Shown here in pieces: positions 19,247 through 29,595 of a stretch of DNA of 64,000 nucleotides. Made by a program: the position numbers and the translations under genes. Position 1 is the first letter of the stretch. The number at the start of each line of letters is the position of its first letter. Source of the stretch: Vicinamibacteria bacterium (GTDB taxonomy: Bacteria; Acidobacteriota; Vicinamibacteria; Fen-336). Location of the stretch: NCBI GenBank assembly GCA_016934575.1, contig JAFGSN010000052.1, positions 3,868 to 67,867 on the forward strand. The letters run 5' to 3'. The notes beneath the pieces were generated by a model, which made no database searches, had not been told where the DNA came from, and worked only from the letters and a program-made list of their open reading frames with translations.

Positions 19247-20671
19247 TCACGGAGACGCGGAGTCGCCGCCTCCGCCTCGCGAGCCGCCCCGGAGCGACGC
19301 GGCGGCGGCGCCGAGAAGCGCGACCACGAAGCCGCCTCGGAGAACCAGGACGAAAGCTTCGAAATCCATCGCGCGCCACGGTGAACCCGTCCGGCCGCCC
19401 GCGTTACGGAAGATCAAGCTCGCCGCGGCGACGCCGAGAAGCATGCCGAGAATCCGCGCCTCGGCCAGAACGGCTCCCGCCGTGCCTTGCCGCGCCCGGG
19501 GCGCGGAACCCATGAGTGCGCTTGAGTTCGGAGAGCTAAAGACGCCTACTCCAAGCCCGACGATCGCCAGCCACATCGTTATTTCAAAAGGCGGGCTGTT
19601 GTCGGCAAGCGTCGAGGCGCCGAGCAGGCCCGCGGCCAACACGAGCATGCCCGCGGTCGTCGGAAGACGAGAGCCGAAGCGATCCGACAGCCATCCGGAC
19701 GGCGCGGCGACTAACGCCATCGTCAGCGGCTGTATCGAAAGCAGCAGACCGGCGAAGGCGGGCGAGAAACCAAGCCCCTCTTCAAGATAGAAAGGCATAA
19801 GAAGCGACACGGCCAGGAGCGCGATGTAATTGGCGACGGCGCTCAGCGTCGCGCCGGTGAAAACCCGCGACTGGAAAAGGCGCGGATCGATGAGCGGATG
19901 AGCGCTCCCGTGCTCGAGAGTCACGAAAGCACCGAATCCCAGCAAGGCGATGACGCTGGCGATCAAGGTCGGCGGCTGCGACAAGTCCTGCCACCGGACA
20001 TGACTCAGCCAGCACAAGACAATCGGAAGACCGACAATGATTAAAAGCGCACCGCTCCAGTCAAAACGTTCGCGGGTCGCCCCGCCGCTCCGACGGAGGC
20101 AGCGAAAGGCCAGGGCGATCACGGCCAGGCTCACGATCGTCGAGAAAAAGAACGTCCAGCGCCATCCAAGTGCGGCGATGACGAATCCTCCCAGCGGCGG
20201 ACCCGTCGTCAATCCGAGGTACGTGGCCGTGGCCAGCACGCCCAGGGCGCGCCCGCGCCGCGAGGGAACGACTGCGGCCGTGATAATGGCGGGGCTGGTG
20301 GCCATTATCATCGCGCCACTCACACCCTGGACGACACGCGCGGCGATCAGTATGCCGAACGATCCCGCCAGCCCGCTCACAAGCGTGGATGCTCCGAACA
20401 GCGCGAATCCGAGCATGTAGACGCGCCCATATCCAAAAAGATCGCCGAGGCGTCCAAAAGGCAGGAGCGACACCGCGTTGGCAAGTAAAAACGCCTGGAC
20501 GATCCACTGCGCGGCGTCGAGAGAAAGCGACATCTCGCGCGCGATGCTCGGAAGCGCCAGGTTGACCACGGAACCGGCCATCGCGCTCAGAAACGTTCCG
20601 GTTCCCAGCGTGACCAGAACCAGGTGCGGCCGGTCGCGCGTCTGTTCGCAGCCAAGCGATCTCAGAAACAC
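19247..20671 (-). CDS. MFS transporter (14-TM DHA2-like drug/H+ antiporter family)
   Basis: 474 aa, highly hydrophobic, MFS motifs (GRLGDLFGYGRV); GTG start. Confidence 0.8.
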   Translation of the reverse strand: MFLRSLGCEQTRDRPHLVLVTLGTGTFLSAMAGSVVNLALPSIAREMSLSLDAAQWIVQAFLLANAVSLLPFGRLGDLFGYGRVYMLGFALFGASTLVSGLAGSFGILIAARVVQGVSGAMIMATSPAIITAAVVPSRRGRALGVLATATYLGLTTGPPLGGFVIAALGWRWTFFFSTIVSLAVIALAFRCLRRSGGATRERFDWSGALLIIVGLPIVLCWLSHVRWQDLSQPPTLIASVIALLGFGAFVTLEHGSAHPLIDPRLFQSRVFTGATLSAVANYIALLAVSLLMPFYLEEGLGFSPAFAGLLLSIQPLTMALVAAPSGWLSDRFGSRLPTTAGMLVLAAGLLGASTLADNSPPFEITMWLAIVGLGVGVFSSPNSSALMGSAPRARQGTAGAVLAEARILGMLLGVAAASLIFRNAGGRTGSPWRAMDFEAFVLVLRGGFVVALLGAAAASLRGGSRGGGGDSASP

Positions 20672-20793
20672 GAAGGCAATGGTACGTCAAAGAAAGGCTT
20701 CGCTGCCATGACTGTCGCGGCGACGCGCGGATCGCGGATTGAAACGCCGGGTCTTCCGTTGGACTCGCCGCTCAACGCCGACGGAAGAGTCGA

Positions 20794-21165
20794 CTACGAA
20801 GCATCCTTGCCACGGGACGGCGAGCGCGGCCGAGCCAGTTTCGCGCCGCCGCGCGCGGCTTGTTTCAGATGATTGACGATGTGGAGCTTGTCCTCCATGG
20901 CGACTTTGCGAATCTGAAAACCGAAGCCCGCGGGAAGATGAGGCGCTCGCCGCTCCTTCCCCTCGTTCGTCCAGATCACGACGCCGGCGACGACGAAGGC
21001 GGGGCGCGATCCAAGCGCAAGCTTGAGGGCCACCGCCGTCCCTTGCATCGGCGGAATCGGCGTGCAGACGAACATCCCGCCGACGCTGATGTTGGCGATC
21101 GGGGCCGGCGCCTCGCTATACCATGCCCGCGCGTCGTCCAGGACGTATCGATCGGTCGAATACAT
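20794..21165 (-). CDS. Small PilZ-like domain protein
   Basis: 123 aa; NISVGGMFVCT resembles PilZ D.S.GG motif but RxxxR motif non-canonical. Confidence 0.4.
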   Translation of the reverse strand: MYSTDRYVLDDARAWYSEAPAPIANISVGGMFVCTPIPPMQGTAVALKLALGSRPAFVVAGVVIWTNEGKERRAPHLPAGFGFQIRKVAMEDKLHIVNHLKQAARGGAKLARPRSPSRGKDAS

Positions 21166-21319
21166 ATCTCACCTTCTTCCCATGATGCGGAAGACAGCCA
21201 ATGTATTTTAACAAATCGCACGACGCCGTGTGAATGGCCTTGACGAACATCGCTCCCTCTCGCCGTTCAAACCGCGAGATGGAAACGCGCGACCATCGTT
21301 CGTCGATGGACCGGCGGGC

Positions 21320-22474
21320 TCAGCCTTTTTCGCAGGCGGCGCGGAGAGCGTCGCTCTGGTTCGACTTCTCCCATGTGAAGTCGGGCTCGTTTCGTCCGAA
21401 GTGGCCGTAAGCGGCGGTGTTCTTGAAAATCGGACGGCGCAGCTTGAGGTATTCGATGACGCCGCCGGGCGTCAGGGGGAAGATGTCTCGTATCGCCTTG
21501 ACGAGGCGCCTGTCGTCGACTTGGCCCGTGCCCATCGTGTCGACCATGATCGACACCGGATCCGGCACGCCGATGGCATAGGCGATCTGCAGCTCGATTT
21601 TGCGCGCCAATCCCGCCGCCACGACGTTCTTGGCGATGTGGCGGGCCATATAGGAGGCCGAGCGATCGACCTTCGTCGGATCCTTGCCCGAGAAGGCGCC
21701 GCCGCCGTGGCTGCCGACTCCGCCGTAGGTATCGACGATGATCTTACGCCCGGTAAGGCCGCAGTCGCCCTGAGGCCCGCCGACCACGAAGCGGCCGGTC
21801 GGATTGATGAGAAACTTCGTCTGGTCGTCGAGCAACTCGGCGGGAATCACCGCGCGGATGACCTCGTCCGCGATATCGGCGCGAAGCTGTTCGATGGAAA
21901 CGTCCGGGCTGTGTTGAGTCGAGATGATGACGGCCTCGACTCGCAACGGTTTTCCATCGTCATATTCGATCGTGACTTGGCTCTTGCCGTCGGGACGAAG
22001 GTAATCGAGCAAACCCTCCTTGCGCACCGCGCTCAGCCGCCGGACGAGCTTGTGCGCGGCCATGATCGGCATCGGCATCAACTCGGGCGTCTCGTCGCAT
22101 GCATAACCGAACATCAAGCCTTGATCGCCTGCGCCGCCGGGATCGACGCCCATCGCGATGTCGGGCGATTGCTCGTGAATGGCCGATATCACCGAGCAGG
22201 TCTCGTAGTCGAATCCATACTTGGCGCGCGTGTAGCCGACGTCCCGGATCGTTTCGCGCACGATCGCGGGCAGATCGGCGTAGGCCTGCGTCGTGATCTC
22301 GCCGGCGATGAATGCCAGGCCGGTGGTCACCAGCGTCTCGCACGCGACGCGGCTTTTCGGGTCCTGCGCGATCAGAGCGTCGAGAACGGCGTCGGAAATC
22401 TGATCGGCGATCTTGTCGGGATGACCTTCGGTCACGGATTCCGACGAGAAGAGGTGTCGTTCGGCTTTGCTCAT
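21320..22474 (-). CDS. metK: S-adenosylmethionine synthetase
   Basis: 384 aa; [35 protein letters not shown] signature motifs; RBS GGAGGAG. Confidence 0.95.
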   Translation of the reverse strand: MSKAERHLFSSESVTEGHPDKIADQISDAVLDALIAQDPKSRVACETLVTTGLAFIAGEITTQAYADLPAIVRETIRDVGYTRAKYGFDYETCSVISAIHEQSPDIAMGVDPGGAGDQGLMFGYACDETPELMPMPIMAAHKLVRRLSAVRKEGLLDYLRPDGKSQVTIEYDDGKPLRVEAVIISTQHSPDVSIEQLRADIADEVIRAVIPAELLDDQTKFLINPTGRFVVGGPQGDCGLTGRKIIVDTYGGVGSHGGGAFSGKDPTKVDRSASYMARHIAKNVVAAGLARKIELQIAYAIGVPDPVSIMVDTMGTGQVDDRRLVKAIRDIFPLTPGGVIEYLKLRRPIFKNTAAYGHFGRNEPDFTWEKSNQSDALRAACEKG

Positions 22475-22707
22475 TGCTCCTCCGGCAGTGCGGTTTGATG
22501 GTTCAGAAGCGACATCGGCGGAGCGTCACGATTCCGCGCGATAAAAGCGGATTAGCGTACCACCGCGCCTCGGAACGGTCAATCATGCCGTGGCGAGCGG
22601 GTCACGGCGCGGTTGCGTCGCCGCCTCGAATGCAGTCACAATGCATTGACGGAGGCGCGGCGAGCGCCTATCTTCGAGGACGTATCGAGACGTGTTCCGA
22701 TCTGCGC

Positions 22708-23583
22708 ATGACTGATTTGTTACGGTGGTCCTTGATCGTCTGGTTCGCGGGCGGCGGTTTCATCGCCGGCGTCATTGGCATCGGCGCGGTGTCGGCCATC
22801 TCGGTCTTCAGACCCCGTCCGAGGCGCATGCTCCCGCGCGTCATTGCTTACATCGCCCTTCCGCTTCTCGCCCTTTCCGCGATACCGATGCCCTGGTGGC
22901 TATATCTGGCTTACTCCGGGGCGACTCTGGCCTGGTGCGAAATGGAGCGCCGCGTCCCGGATTCGCGGCCGCTGATCGCCGTGCCGCGGATCATCGTGGC
23001 GTCGTCGTCGTTGCTCGTCGCCGGCTGGTTCCTGGTCCGACAGATTCCTCATCGTCTCCCGCACGTCGACAAGACGCCGATCGTCGTCTTGCGCACGACG
23101 CAAGGCGACGATCCTGCATCGGAAGACTCCTGGCCGCGCATGCTGGCGACCTTGCTCGGCGCTCCGATCGACGATCGCTCGCTGAGCCTCGACCCGTCTC
23201 AAACGGCGGAGCATGCTTTTCTCACGCCTCGCCCTGGAATCGTCATCGTCGAGATCGGGCCGCATGAGTTTTTCGCGCGTATCACGGCCCGCGAGACGCA
23301 TGACGGGATCGAACGGCTGCTAGCAATGCTCGCGCGTCGCAAGCATGCGGTGATCATGCTCGAGACGCCGCTCGGTCCGTTGGAGAACCGCCACGGCGAA
23401 ATCCTGCGCCGTCTGGCGCGACGATATGACGTCATGCTCATCCCGCGTTGGGTGCTCGCACGTGCCTGGGTCGACTCCGCCGCCGGTCCGGCCGGACGAG
23501 AGGAGGCTCAGCGCTTCATCGCGCGTCGCCTGCACGAAGTATTACGACCGCTGAGGAAATCCCAGGCGCGCGGCGATGGATAG
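22708..23583 (+). CDS. Membrane-anchored hypothetical protein (possible SGNH/GDSL-like hydrolase fold)
   Basis: First ATG with hydrophobic N-terminus MTDLLRWSLIVWFAGGGFIAGVIGIGAV; 3 TM helices then soluble domain; 3' end overlaps murA start; track ORF from 22312 is an extension. Confidence 0.5.
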   Translation: MTDLLRWSLIVWFAGGGFIAGVIGIGAVSAISVFRPRPRRMLPRVIAYIALPLLALSAIPMPWWLYLAYSGATLAWCEMERRVPDSRPLIAVPRIIVASSSLLVAGWFLVRQIPHRLPHVDKTPIVVLRTTQGDDPASEDSWPRMLATLLGAPIDDRSLSLDPSQTAEHAFLTPRPGIVIVEIGPHEFFARITARETHDGIERLLAMLARRKHAVIMLETPLGPLENRHGEILRRLARRYDVMLIPRWVLARAWVDSAAGPAGREEAQRFIARRLHEVLRPLRKSQARGDG

Positions 23584-24829
23584 AATCCGAGTGCTCGGCG
23601 GCCGCCCCCTGGAAGGCACCGTTCGCATCTCCGGAGCGAAGAACGCTTCGCTCCCCGACATGTGCGCCACTCTTCTCGCGGACGAGCCCGTCGTCCTGCA
23701 CAACATCCCGGAGGTGCGCGATATCTGCACCATGGCACGGGTTCTGGAAGCTCTGGGGGCGGCGGTCGATTTTCGCGTGGGCGGCACGATCGAAATCCAT
23801 GCGCGCACGCTGCGCTCCATCGAGGCGCCTTACGACCTCGTGAAAACCATGCGAGCATCCGTGTTGGTCCTGGGCCCGCTGCTCGCGCGCGAGGGCCGCG
23901 CGCGCGTCTCGCTGCCCGGCGGCTGCGCGATCGGAGCGCGACCGATCAATCTTCACCTGCAAGCGCTCTCCAAGCTGGGCGCCGAGGTCGACGTGCAGCA
24001 CGGTTACGTCGAAGCGATCGCGAAGCGTTTGCAAGGCGCGAACGTCATGTTCGACACCGTGACCGTCACCGGAACCGAGAATGTGATCATGGCCGCCTGT
24101 CGCGCGCAAGGCGAGACCGTTATCGAAAACGCCGCCTGTGAGCCCGAAATCGTCGATCTCTGCGATCTGCTCCGCGCCATGGGCGGCGAGATCGACGGCG
24201 CCGGCACGCCAAGGATCCGCATACGGGGCGTGGACCGCCTGCATGGCGCGACGCATGCCGTCATGCCCGACCGCATCGAGACCGGCACCTATCTCGCGGC
24301 CTGCGCCGTCGCGGGCGGCGAGATCGAAATCTACGCGTGTCGCCCGGATCATCTGCGCGGCGTCCTTGACAAGCTTCGCGAGACGGGCGTGCGGATCGAG
24401 GAGGGTCCCGACAACTTGCGCGTGCGCGCGCCGCGAGTGATCCGCGCGACCGACGTGACGACTTCACCGTTCCCCGGCTTTCCCACCGACATGCAGGCGC
24501 AATACATGGCGCTCATGACCCAGGCCTCTGGAACGTGCACGATCACCGAGACGATCTTCGAAAACCGTTTCATGCACGTGGCCGAGTTGCGCCGCATGGG
24601 CGCCGACGTGCGCGCCGACGGACGAACGGCGCTGATCGTCGGCCCCACGCCGCTCTCCGGCGCGCAACTCATGGCGACGGACCTACGGGCTTCAGCCTGC
24701 CTCGTTCTCGCCGGCCTGGCGGCGAGCGGCGAAACGATCGTGGAGCGCGTTTACCATCTGGATCGCGGATATTATCGCATTGACGAAAAGCTGCGCGGCC
24801 TGGGCGCGGACATCGAGCGTTTGAAGTAG
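23576..24829 (+). CDS. murA: UDP-N-acetylglucosamine 1-carboxyvinyltransferase
   Basis: 417 aa; MDRIRVLGGRPLEGTVRISGAKNASLP N-terminus and EPSP-synthase fold motifs. Confidence 0.9.
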   Translation: MDRIRVLGGRPLEGTVRISGAKNASLPDMCATLLADEPVVLHNIPEVRDICTMARVLEALGAAVDFRVGGTIEIHARTLRSIEAPYDLVKTMRASVLVLGPLLAREGRARVSLPGGCAIGARPINLHLQALSKLGAEVDVQHGYVEAIAKRLQGANVMFDTVTVTGTENVIMAACRAQGETVIENAACEPEIVDLCDLLRAMGGEIDGAGTPRIRIRGVDRLHGATHAVMPDRIETGTYLAACAVAGGEIEIYACRPDHLRGVLDKLRETGVRIEEGPDNLRVRAPRVIRATDVTTSPFPGFPTDMQAQYMALMTQASGTCTITETIFENRFMHVAELRRMGADVRADGRTALIVGPTPLSGAQLMATDLRASACLVLAGLAASGETIVERVYHLDRGYYRIDEKLRGLGADIERLK

Positions 24830-24842
24830 ATCGTCGATCAGA

Positions 24843-25904
24843 ATGCCACGCACGAATTCATTGCAGAACCTTTCGGCATGGTACCGCCGGAATCGGCGCG
24901 AGCTGCCGTGGCGGCATAGCGGCGATCCATACCACATCTGGGTGGCGGAGGTCATGCTTCAGCAAACGACAGTGAGGTCCATGACGCCATATTACGAGGC
25001 TTTCCTGCGCCGTTTCCCCTCGATCGGCGCCCTCGCCGCGGCAAGCGAGGACGAAGTCGTCAGCGCCTGGTCCGGCCTCGGATACTACCATCGCGCGCGC
25101 AACCTTTTACGCGGCGCGCGACACGTCGTCGAACGCCATCGCGGGCGCTTCCCCGACGATCTGGATCACGCTCTCGCCGTTCCCGGCGTCGGGCTCTACA
25201 CGGCAAGCGCCGTCCTCTCGATCGCATTCAATCGGCCGCTGGCCGTCGTCGACGGCAACGTGCGCCGCGTCCTGGCGCGGATCCATGCTCTACGCGGACG
25301 ATCAAAGCGCAAGGAATCGAACTATCACCGCATGGCCGTCGAAATCCTCGATCGCCGCAATCCCGGAGAATGGAACCAGGCGTTGATGGAACTGGGCGCC
25401 CTGATCTGCACTCCGCGCAATCCGGCCTGTCCGGCCTGTCCCGTGCGCACGGCCTGCGCGGCACGACGCCTCGGACTTACTGCCGTGATTCCGGAAACAC
25501 GACCGCGCCGGGCGACTGCGGACGTTTACGTCAAGGCCGCCGTGATCGAGCGCTCGGGACGTTTGCTGCTCGTCCGAGGCGCCGAGACGCCGCTCCAGCG
25601 ACTCTGGTGCGTGCCGCACACGTCACTGGACTCGACTGTTGCTCCCAACCTTGCGGAGGAGCTCCGAAAACGATACGGAATGGCGATTGAACCGGGCCCC
25701 TTGTTGCTCCGCACACGTCACCGTGTGACGTTTCGACGCATTCGCCTCGAGGCGCATGCCGCCCGACTCCACTCGAATCCCGACTCCACGGCGCACGATC
25801 TTCTCTGGGCCGCGCCTGAAGAAATCGACGACCTTCCCGCTTCTTCCATGACACGTAAGATCATCAAGGCCTGGCTCGCCCGACAGCTCGCACTCGATCT
25901 TTGA
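24843..25904 (+). CDS. mutY: A/G-specific adenine DNA glycosylase
   Basis: 353 aa; HhH-GPD (PGVGLYTASAV), 4Fe-4S cluster loop CTPRNPACPACPVRTAC, C-terminal NUDIX-like domain. Confidence 0.85.
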   Translation: MPRTNSLQNLSAWYRRNRRELPWRHSGDPYHIWVAEVMLQQTTVRSMTPYYEAFLRRFPSIGALAAASEDEVVSAWSGLGYYHRARNLLRGARHVVERHRGRFPDDLDHALAVPGVGLYTASAVLSIAFNRPLAVVDGNVRRVLARIHALRGRSKRKESNYHRMAVEILDRRNPGEWNQALMELGALICTPRNPACPACPVRTACAARRLGLTAVIPETRPRRATADVYVKAAVIERSGRLLLVRGAETPLQRLWCVPHTSLDSTVAPNLAEELRKRYGMAIEPGPLLLRTRHRVTFRRIRLEAHAARLHSNPDSTAHDLLWAAPEEIDDLPASSMTRKIIKAWLARQLALDL

Positions 25905-26164
25905 TCCGTCATCCGGCATCTTACGCGACCGAACCGTTACAATGACTCGCGACATTCCGTGAGCGCGCGGTTTTTGCTCGGCGAATCCATCCGTGACGAT
26001 CATGCCCGCTCGTTGGTCGAGCGGCGCCGTGGCCACGATGTAAACAAGCAAACACACAATCGCGTCGCGCGTAATCCTTCCGACCACGCGTATGGCGCGA
26101 GCTTCATGTGGGCCACGCTCATCGAGTTGCTGCAAAAGCGAGGGCTCGGTGTACACTACGCATT

Positions 26165-26506
26165 ATGGATTGTTTATTCTGTGACATTGCTTCCGGACGT
26201 CTGGCCAGCAAGAAGGCTTATGAGGACGACGACATTCTGGCGTTTCACGACATCAACCCTCAAGCGCCTGTGCATGTTCTCGTGATACCCAAGAAGCACG
26301 TCGCCAGCCTGCTTGATTTGGCTCCCGAAGACGACGCTCTCGTCGGCGCTCTCGTTCGTACGGCGCGAGACCTCGCCCATCGGCTGGGTCTGTCCGAACG
26401 CGGATTCCGCCTCGTGCTGAACTGCGGCGCCGATGCAGGATACAGCGTCTTCCACGTCCATCTGCATCTGATCGGCGGTCGCGCTCTCGGGTGGCCGCCC
26501 GGTTGA
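26165..26506 (+). CDS. HIT-family (histidine triad) nucleotide hydrolase
   Basis: MDCLFCDIASG N-terminus and HVHLHLIGG histidine triad; start at internal ATG 26165 of track ORF 26108..26506. Confidence 0.8.
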   Translation: MDCLFCDIASGRLASKKAYEDDDILAFHDINPQAPVHVLVIPKKHVASLLDLAPEDDALVGALVRTARDLAHRLGLSERGFRLVLNCGADAGYSVFHVHLHLIGGRALGWPPG

Positions 26507-26522
26507 TCCCGAGGAAACGGCT

Positions 26523-28373
26523 TTGAGCGAATCCACGCCTTCGTCTGATCTCTCCGAGATCGCCGGCCGCTATCAGGTGGTCACGAAACTCGGCGCCGGA
26601 GCGTTCGGAACAGTCTTCAAGGCTCGAGACAAGGTCCTGGGTCGCATGGTGGCCATCAAGACGATTCGTCTCGACGGCCTCGCCGCGGCCGGCGTCAGCC
26701 GCGAAGAGCTCATGGACCGCTTCGGACGCGAAGCCCGCATCGCGGCCCAGATCAAGCATCCGAACATCGTCACCATTTATGACGTTGGCGAAACGGGAGG
26801 CGTGAACTACCTGGCGATGGAGTACATCGACGGGATCGGTCTCGACAAGCTCATCGTCTCATCGGGTCCACTGCCGGCGGAACGTGCCGGAGCCATCGCG
26901 GCGCAGGTGGCCGACGCTTTGGACCATGCGCACCGACACCACGTTGTTCACCGCGATATCAAGCCGGCCAACGTGATGATCGAAGCCGGCGACCACGTGA
27001 AAGTGACGGACTTCGGCATCGCCAAACCTCTGGACGCCAGCGAAAAACTTACCATCACCGGCAGCCTGCTCGGAACGCCCTCTTATATAAGCCCGGAGCA
27101 AGCCCGCGGCGGAGCGATCGACGGCCGCAGCGACCTGTTTGCTCTTGGCTGCATTCTTTACGAGATGCTGTCGGGCAAGAGGGCGTTCACCGGCGAATCG
27201 ATCACCGGCCTGATCTTCAAGATCATCACCGAAGAGCCGCCTCCCCTGCGCTCCCTGGCACCTACGGTGCCGGAGGCAATGGCGCGGATCGTGGACAGGG
27301 CGCTCGCGAAAGTCCCGGGAAAACGCTACCAGTCCGGACAAGAGATGGCCAGGGATCTGAGCGCCTTGACCGGCCCGGCGGCCGTGCCCACCGTACGTCA
27401 CGCCGATGTCCCGACCGCGTCGCTCCCGCAGGAGACCGTGCGAAGCCTGCCTCAAAAGGCGCCGAGCAGCCCGGACGTTCCAACACGCGTCGTCTCGCCG
27501 ACGCGCGCCGAGACGTCTCCGGGAGTGCGCCCGATCCCTTCATCGCCGCGGAGATCCATCTGGCTAGTCCTTGCGCTTCTGGGAGTTGTCGGTTTGATCC
27601 TCGTCGCCGGCGCCGCCGGCGTGGCGTGGCACGTCATGCGACCAAAGCCACGGCCGATCGTCGCGCCCGGCGATAGTACGACGATCGATGCGCTTCCGCC
27701 CGAGACGTCTACGGCGGAATCGGTCGCGGATGAATCAACCACCGAAATCCCTCAGAGCCCGCTCGGGACGGATGCGTCTCTCACTGGCGGCGGAACCGGC
27801 ATGGCGAGCGCTCATCATCCTCGAACAATGGCCTCCGTCTCGTCGCGTCTCGATGGCCGTGAAAAGCCGCCGCCCGCCGCCGCCCCTCAAACTTTGATGC
27901 CTGAACCAGCCGCTCGTGCGTCCGCCATACCCCCGGAGAGCGATTACTCCCTTCTCGATCCTCTTCCGGACGAGGAAGCCGACGGCTCTGAAACCGGTCA
28001 CCGCCTGGCCGGCATGTATCGGCGCGACGTCGGCTCAAGTCACGGGACCCACCAGCCGATGCGCGTACGGCGCAGAGTTCCGATCGGCGCTCCCGCCGAA
28101 CGGCCCGCGCTCCGAATGATGCATCACATCATCAACGCCGAGGAATCGCACAAGAGCGAGACGGGCAAATACGTCGATCTGCCCGCTCTCGCTCGCGCCG
28201 GCAAGCTGACTCCCGCCGTGACGCAGACTCTTGGAAAGTGGAGCGAAAACTACTATCGCTTCGAGATCCGCGTCGAGGACGGCGGCTTTAGGCTGCTCGC
28301 GATTCCAATGATGCGTCGTGAGACGCGTCCATTCGTCGCCGACGACTCCGGCATCATCCAGCCGAGCCGGTGA
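26523..28373 (+). CDS. Serine/threonine protein kinase with TM segment and C-terminal extracytoplasmic domain
   Basis: Hanks kinase motifs GAGAFGTVFKA, VAIK, HRDIKPANVMI, DFGIA, SPEQ; TM helix IWLVLALLGVVGLILVAGAAGVAW; TTG start. Confidence 0.8.
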   Translation: MSESTPSSDLSEIAGRYQVVTKLGAGAFGTVFKARDKVLGRMVAIKTIRLDGLAAAGVSREELMDRFGREARIAAQIKHPNIVTIYDVGETGGVNYLAMEYIDGIGLDKLIVSSGPLPAERAGAIAAQVADALDHAHRHHVVHRDIKPANVMIEAGDHVKVTDFGIAKPLDASEKLTITGSLLGTPSYISPEQARGGAIDGRSDLFALGCILYEMLSGKRAFTGESITGLIFKIITEEPPPLRSLAPTVPEAMARIVDRALAKVPGKRYQSGQEMARDLSALTGPAAVPTVRHADVPTASLPQETVRSLPQKAPSSPDVPTRVVSPTRAETSPGVRPIPSSPRRSIWLVLALLGVVGLILVAGAAGVAWHVMRPKPRPIVAPGDSTTIDALPPETSTAESVADESTTEIPQSPLGTDASLTGGGTGMASAHHPRTMASVSSRLDGREKPPPAAAPQTLMPEPAARASAIPPESDYSLLDPLPDEEADGSETGHRLAGMYRRDVGSSHGTHQPMRVRRRVPIGAPAERPALRMMHHIINAEESHKSETGKYVDLPALARAGKLTPAVTQTLGKWSENYYRFEIRVEDGGFRLLAIPMMRRETRPFVADDSGIIQPSR

Positions 28374-28403
28374 ATTCGTCGCGGAAGACGCGAAGCCTCT
28401 TGA

Positions 28404-29519
28404 CTAGAGCGTCAGTTCGGCCCGCAACCGTCCGCGGCTATCGCGGTATTGATTGAGGAAGCCGTACTCGAAGGACACTCTGAACCGTGGAATCACATGG
28501 ATTTGCACGCCGGGGAAGAAGCCGAGATACGTGCTCCGTCGTTCATCCGAAGACGTCGGCGCGACGTCCGTCCGCGGAGTCGGCGTCGCATACGTCGGTT
28601 GATCGACCAGGCTCATGCGAGCGGTGATGACGACCCGCTCCTCCAGATGATAGTCGCTCTGGATAAAAGCGCCGGCGACAAGACGCTCATCGCCGTACTT
28701 GCCGACGGCGACGAGGCCGTACATATTCAGATGCGCGAACCAGAGATTCCAGTCAAGACCGCCGCGGAAGTGGCTCTTGTCTTGCGGGGCGTTCGAGCCC
28801 AGGTGGGCGAACGCTCCGATTCTGTGCAAACGACAGGGAACGGCGGCTCTCATGAAGACGCTGAAATCATCGTCGCGTTCGGAATTTTCTCCCGCGAAAA
28901 GACCGAGCGACCAGCGGGAATCTCCTTTAAGAGCTCCGCCCAGCTCTATCCCATCCTTGCGCTCTCCCAGCGCATCCGGCCCGAAAGCGTCATAGACGTC
29001 GTATTCGAAAAGATGCGCGCTGCGGGTCTGCGTGAAGGGCAAATCCATCTCCATGCGGCCGCCGCGCAAGTAAACCCCTCCTCTGCGCGAGAGCTCGTAG
29101 CGCAAGTACGCGTTGTCCGGCTCGACGTGCGTGGGATCTTGGCCGGGTTTGCTGTAAAAACGCAGGCCGTCATCCACCCAGTACGAAAAACGATCGCCGA
29201 GATTTCCGGCCGAAACCAGCTTGACCGCTCCCTCGGACTCGCTTTCATCCCCCTCGACAAAGCCGTGGTTGAACGCGGCGCGACCGGAGATCGGCAGGCT
29301 GCGCAGCCACTCGCGCGAATCGAAGCTCGTCTCTCGTTCGAGTCGAAAACCCCGCTCCTTGAAACTCTGGCCGACGTTATTGAGCTTGGGATAGCCGGTG
29401 TGGCACAGGTTGCAGCTCACTTGATATCGTCGCGCGAACGCGGGCAGCGCGCTTGCCGTTCCACACCAGAGCATGGAAACGCAAGCGGCCAGCGCTCCGC
29501 TCGCCAACGCTCGTCTCAT
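28404..29519 (-). CDS. Putative outer-membrane beta-barrel protein with CxxCH motif at mature N-terminus
   Basis: Start at internal Met (MRRALASGALAACVSMLWCGTASA signal peptide); mature N-terminus FARRYQVSCNLCHTGYPKLNNVGQ; remainder rich in alternating beta-strand patterns. Confidence 0.5.
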   Translation of the reverse strand: MRRALASGALAACVSMLWCGTASALPAFARRYQVSCNLCHTGYPKLNNVGQSFKERGFRLERETSFDSREWLRSLPISGRAAFNHGFVEGDESESEGAVKLVSAGNLGDRFSYWVDDGLRFYSKPGQDPTHVEPDNAYLRYELSRRGGVYLRGGRMEMDLPFTQTRSAHLFEYDVYDAFGPDALGERKDGIELGGALKGDSRWSLGLFAGENSERDDDFSVFMRAAVPCRLHRIGAFAHLGSNAPQDKSHFRGGLDWNLWFAHLNMYGLVAVGKYGDERLVAGAFIQSDYHLEERVVITARMSLVDQPTYATPTPRTDVAPTSSDERRSTYLGFFPGVQIHVIPRFRVSFEYGFLNQYRDSRGRLRAELTL

Positions 29520-29595
29520 CGCACGATCTCCCCGTTCGTCATGATTGATTACTCTACTCGAACACGACAAGGCGCACCAGCCTCCAAACGGCGGA

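Noticed and set aside
22475-22707. Possible SAM riboswitch in the metK leader
   Set aside because: I read the reverse-complement leader and could not find SAM-I/IV core elements (e.g. GAGGGA, AUCAAGAG) or a convincing SAM-II pseudoknot signature. The region is probably a shared divergent promoter. A covariance-model search would be decisive.
22312-22707. 5' extensions of track ORFs (22312..23583, 56895..58748, 7734..8837, 48100..49017, 12866..13771)
   Set aside because: The upstream portions are Arg-rich and overlap neighbouring genes. Internal starts with RBS and signal peptides give proteins of family-typical length.
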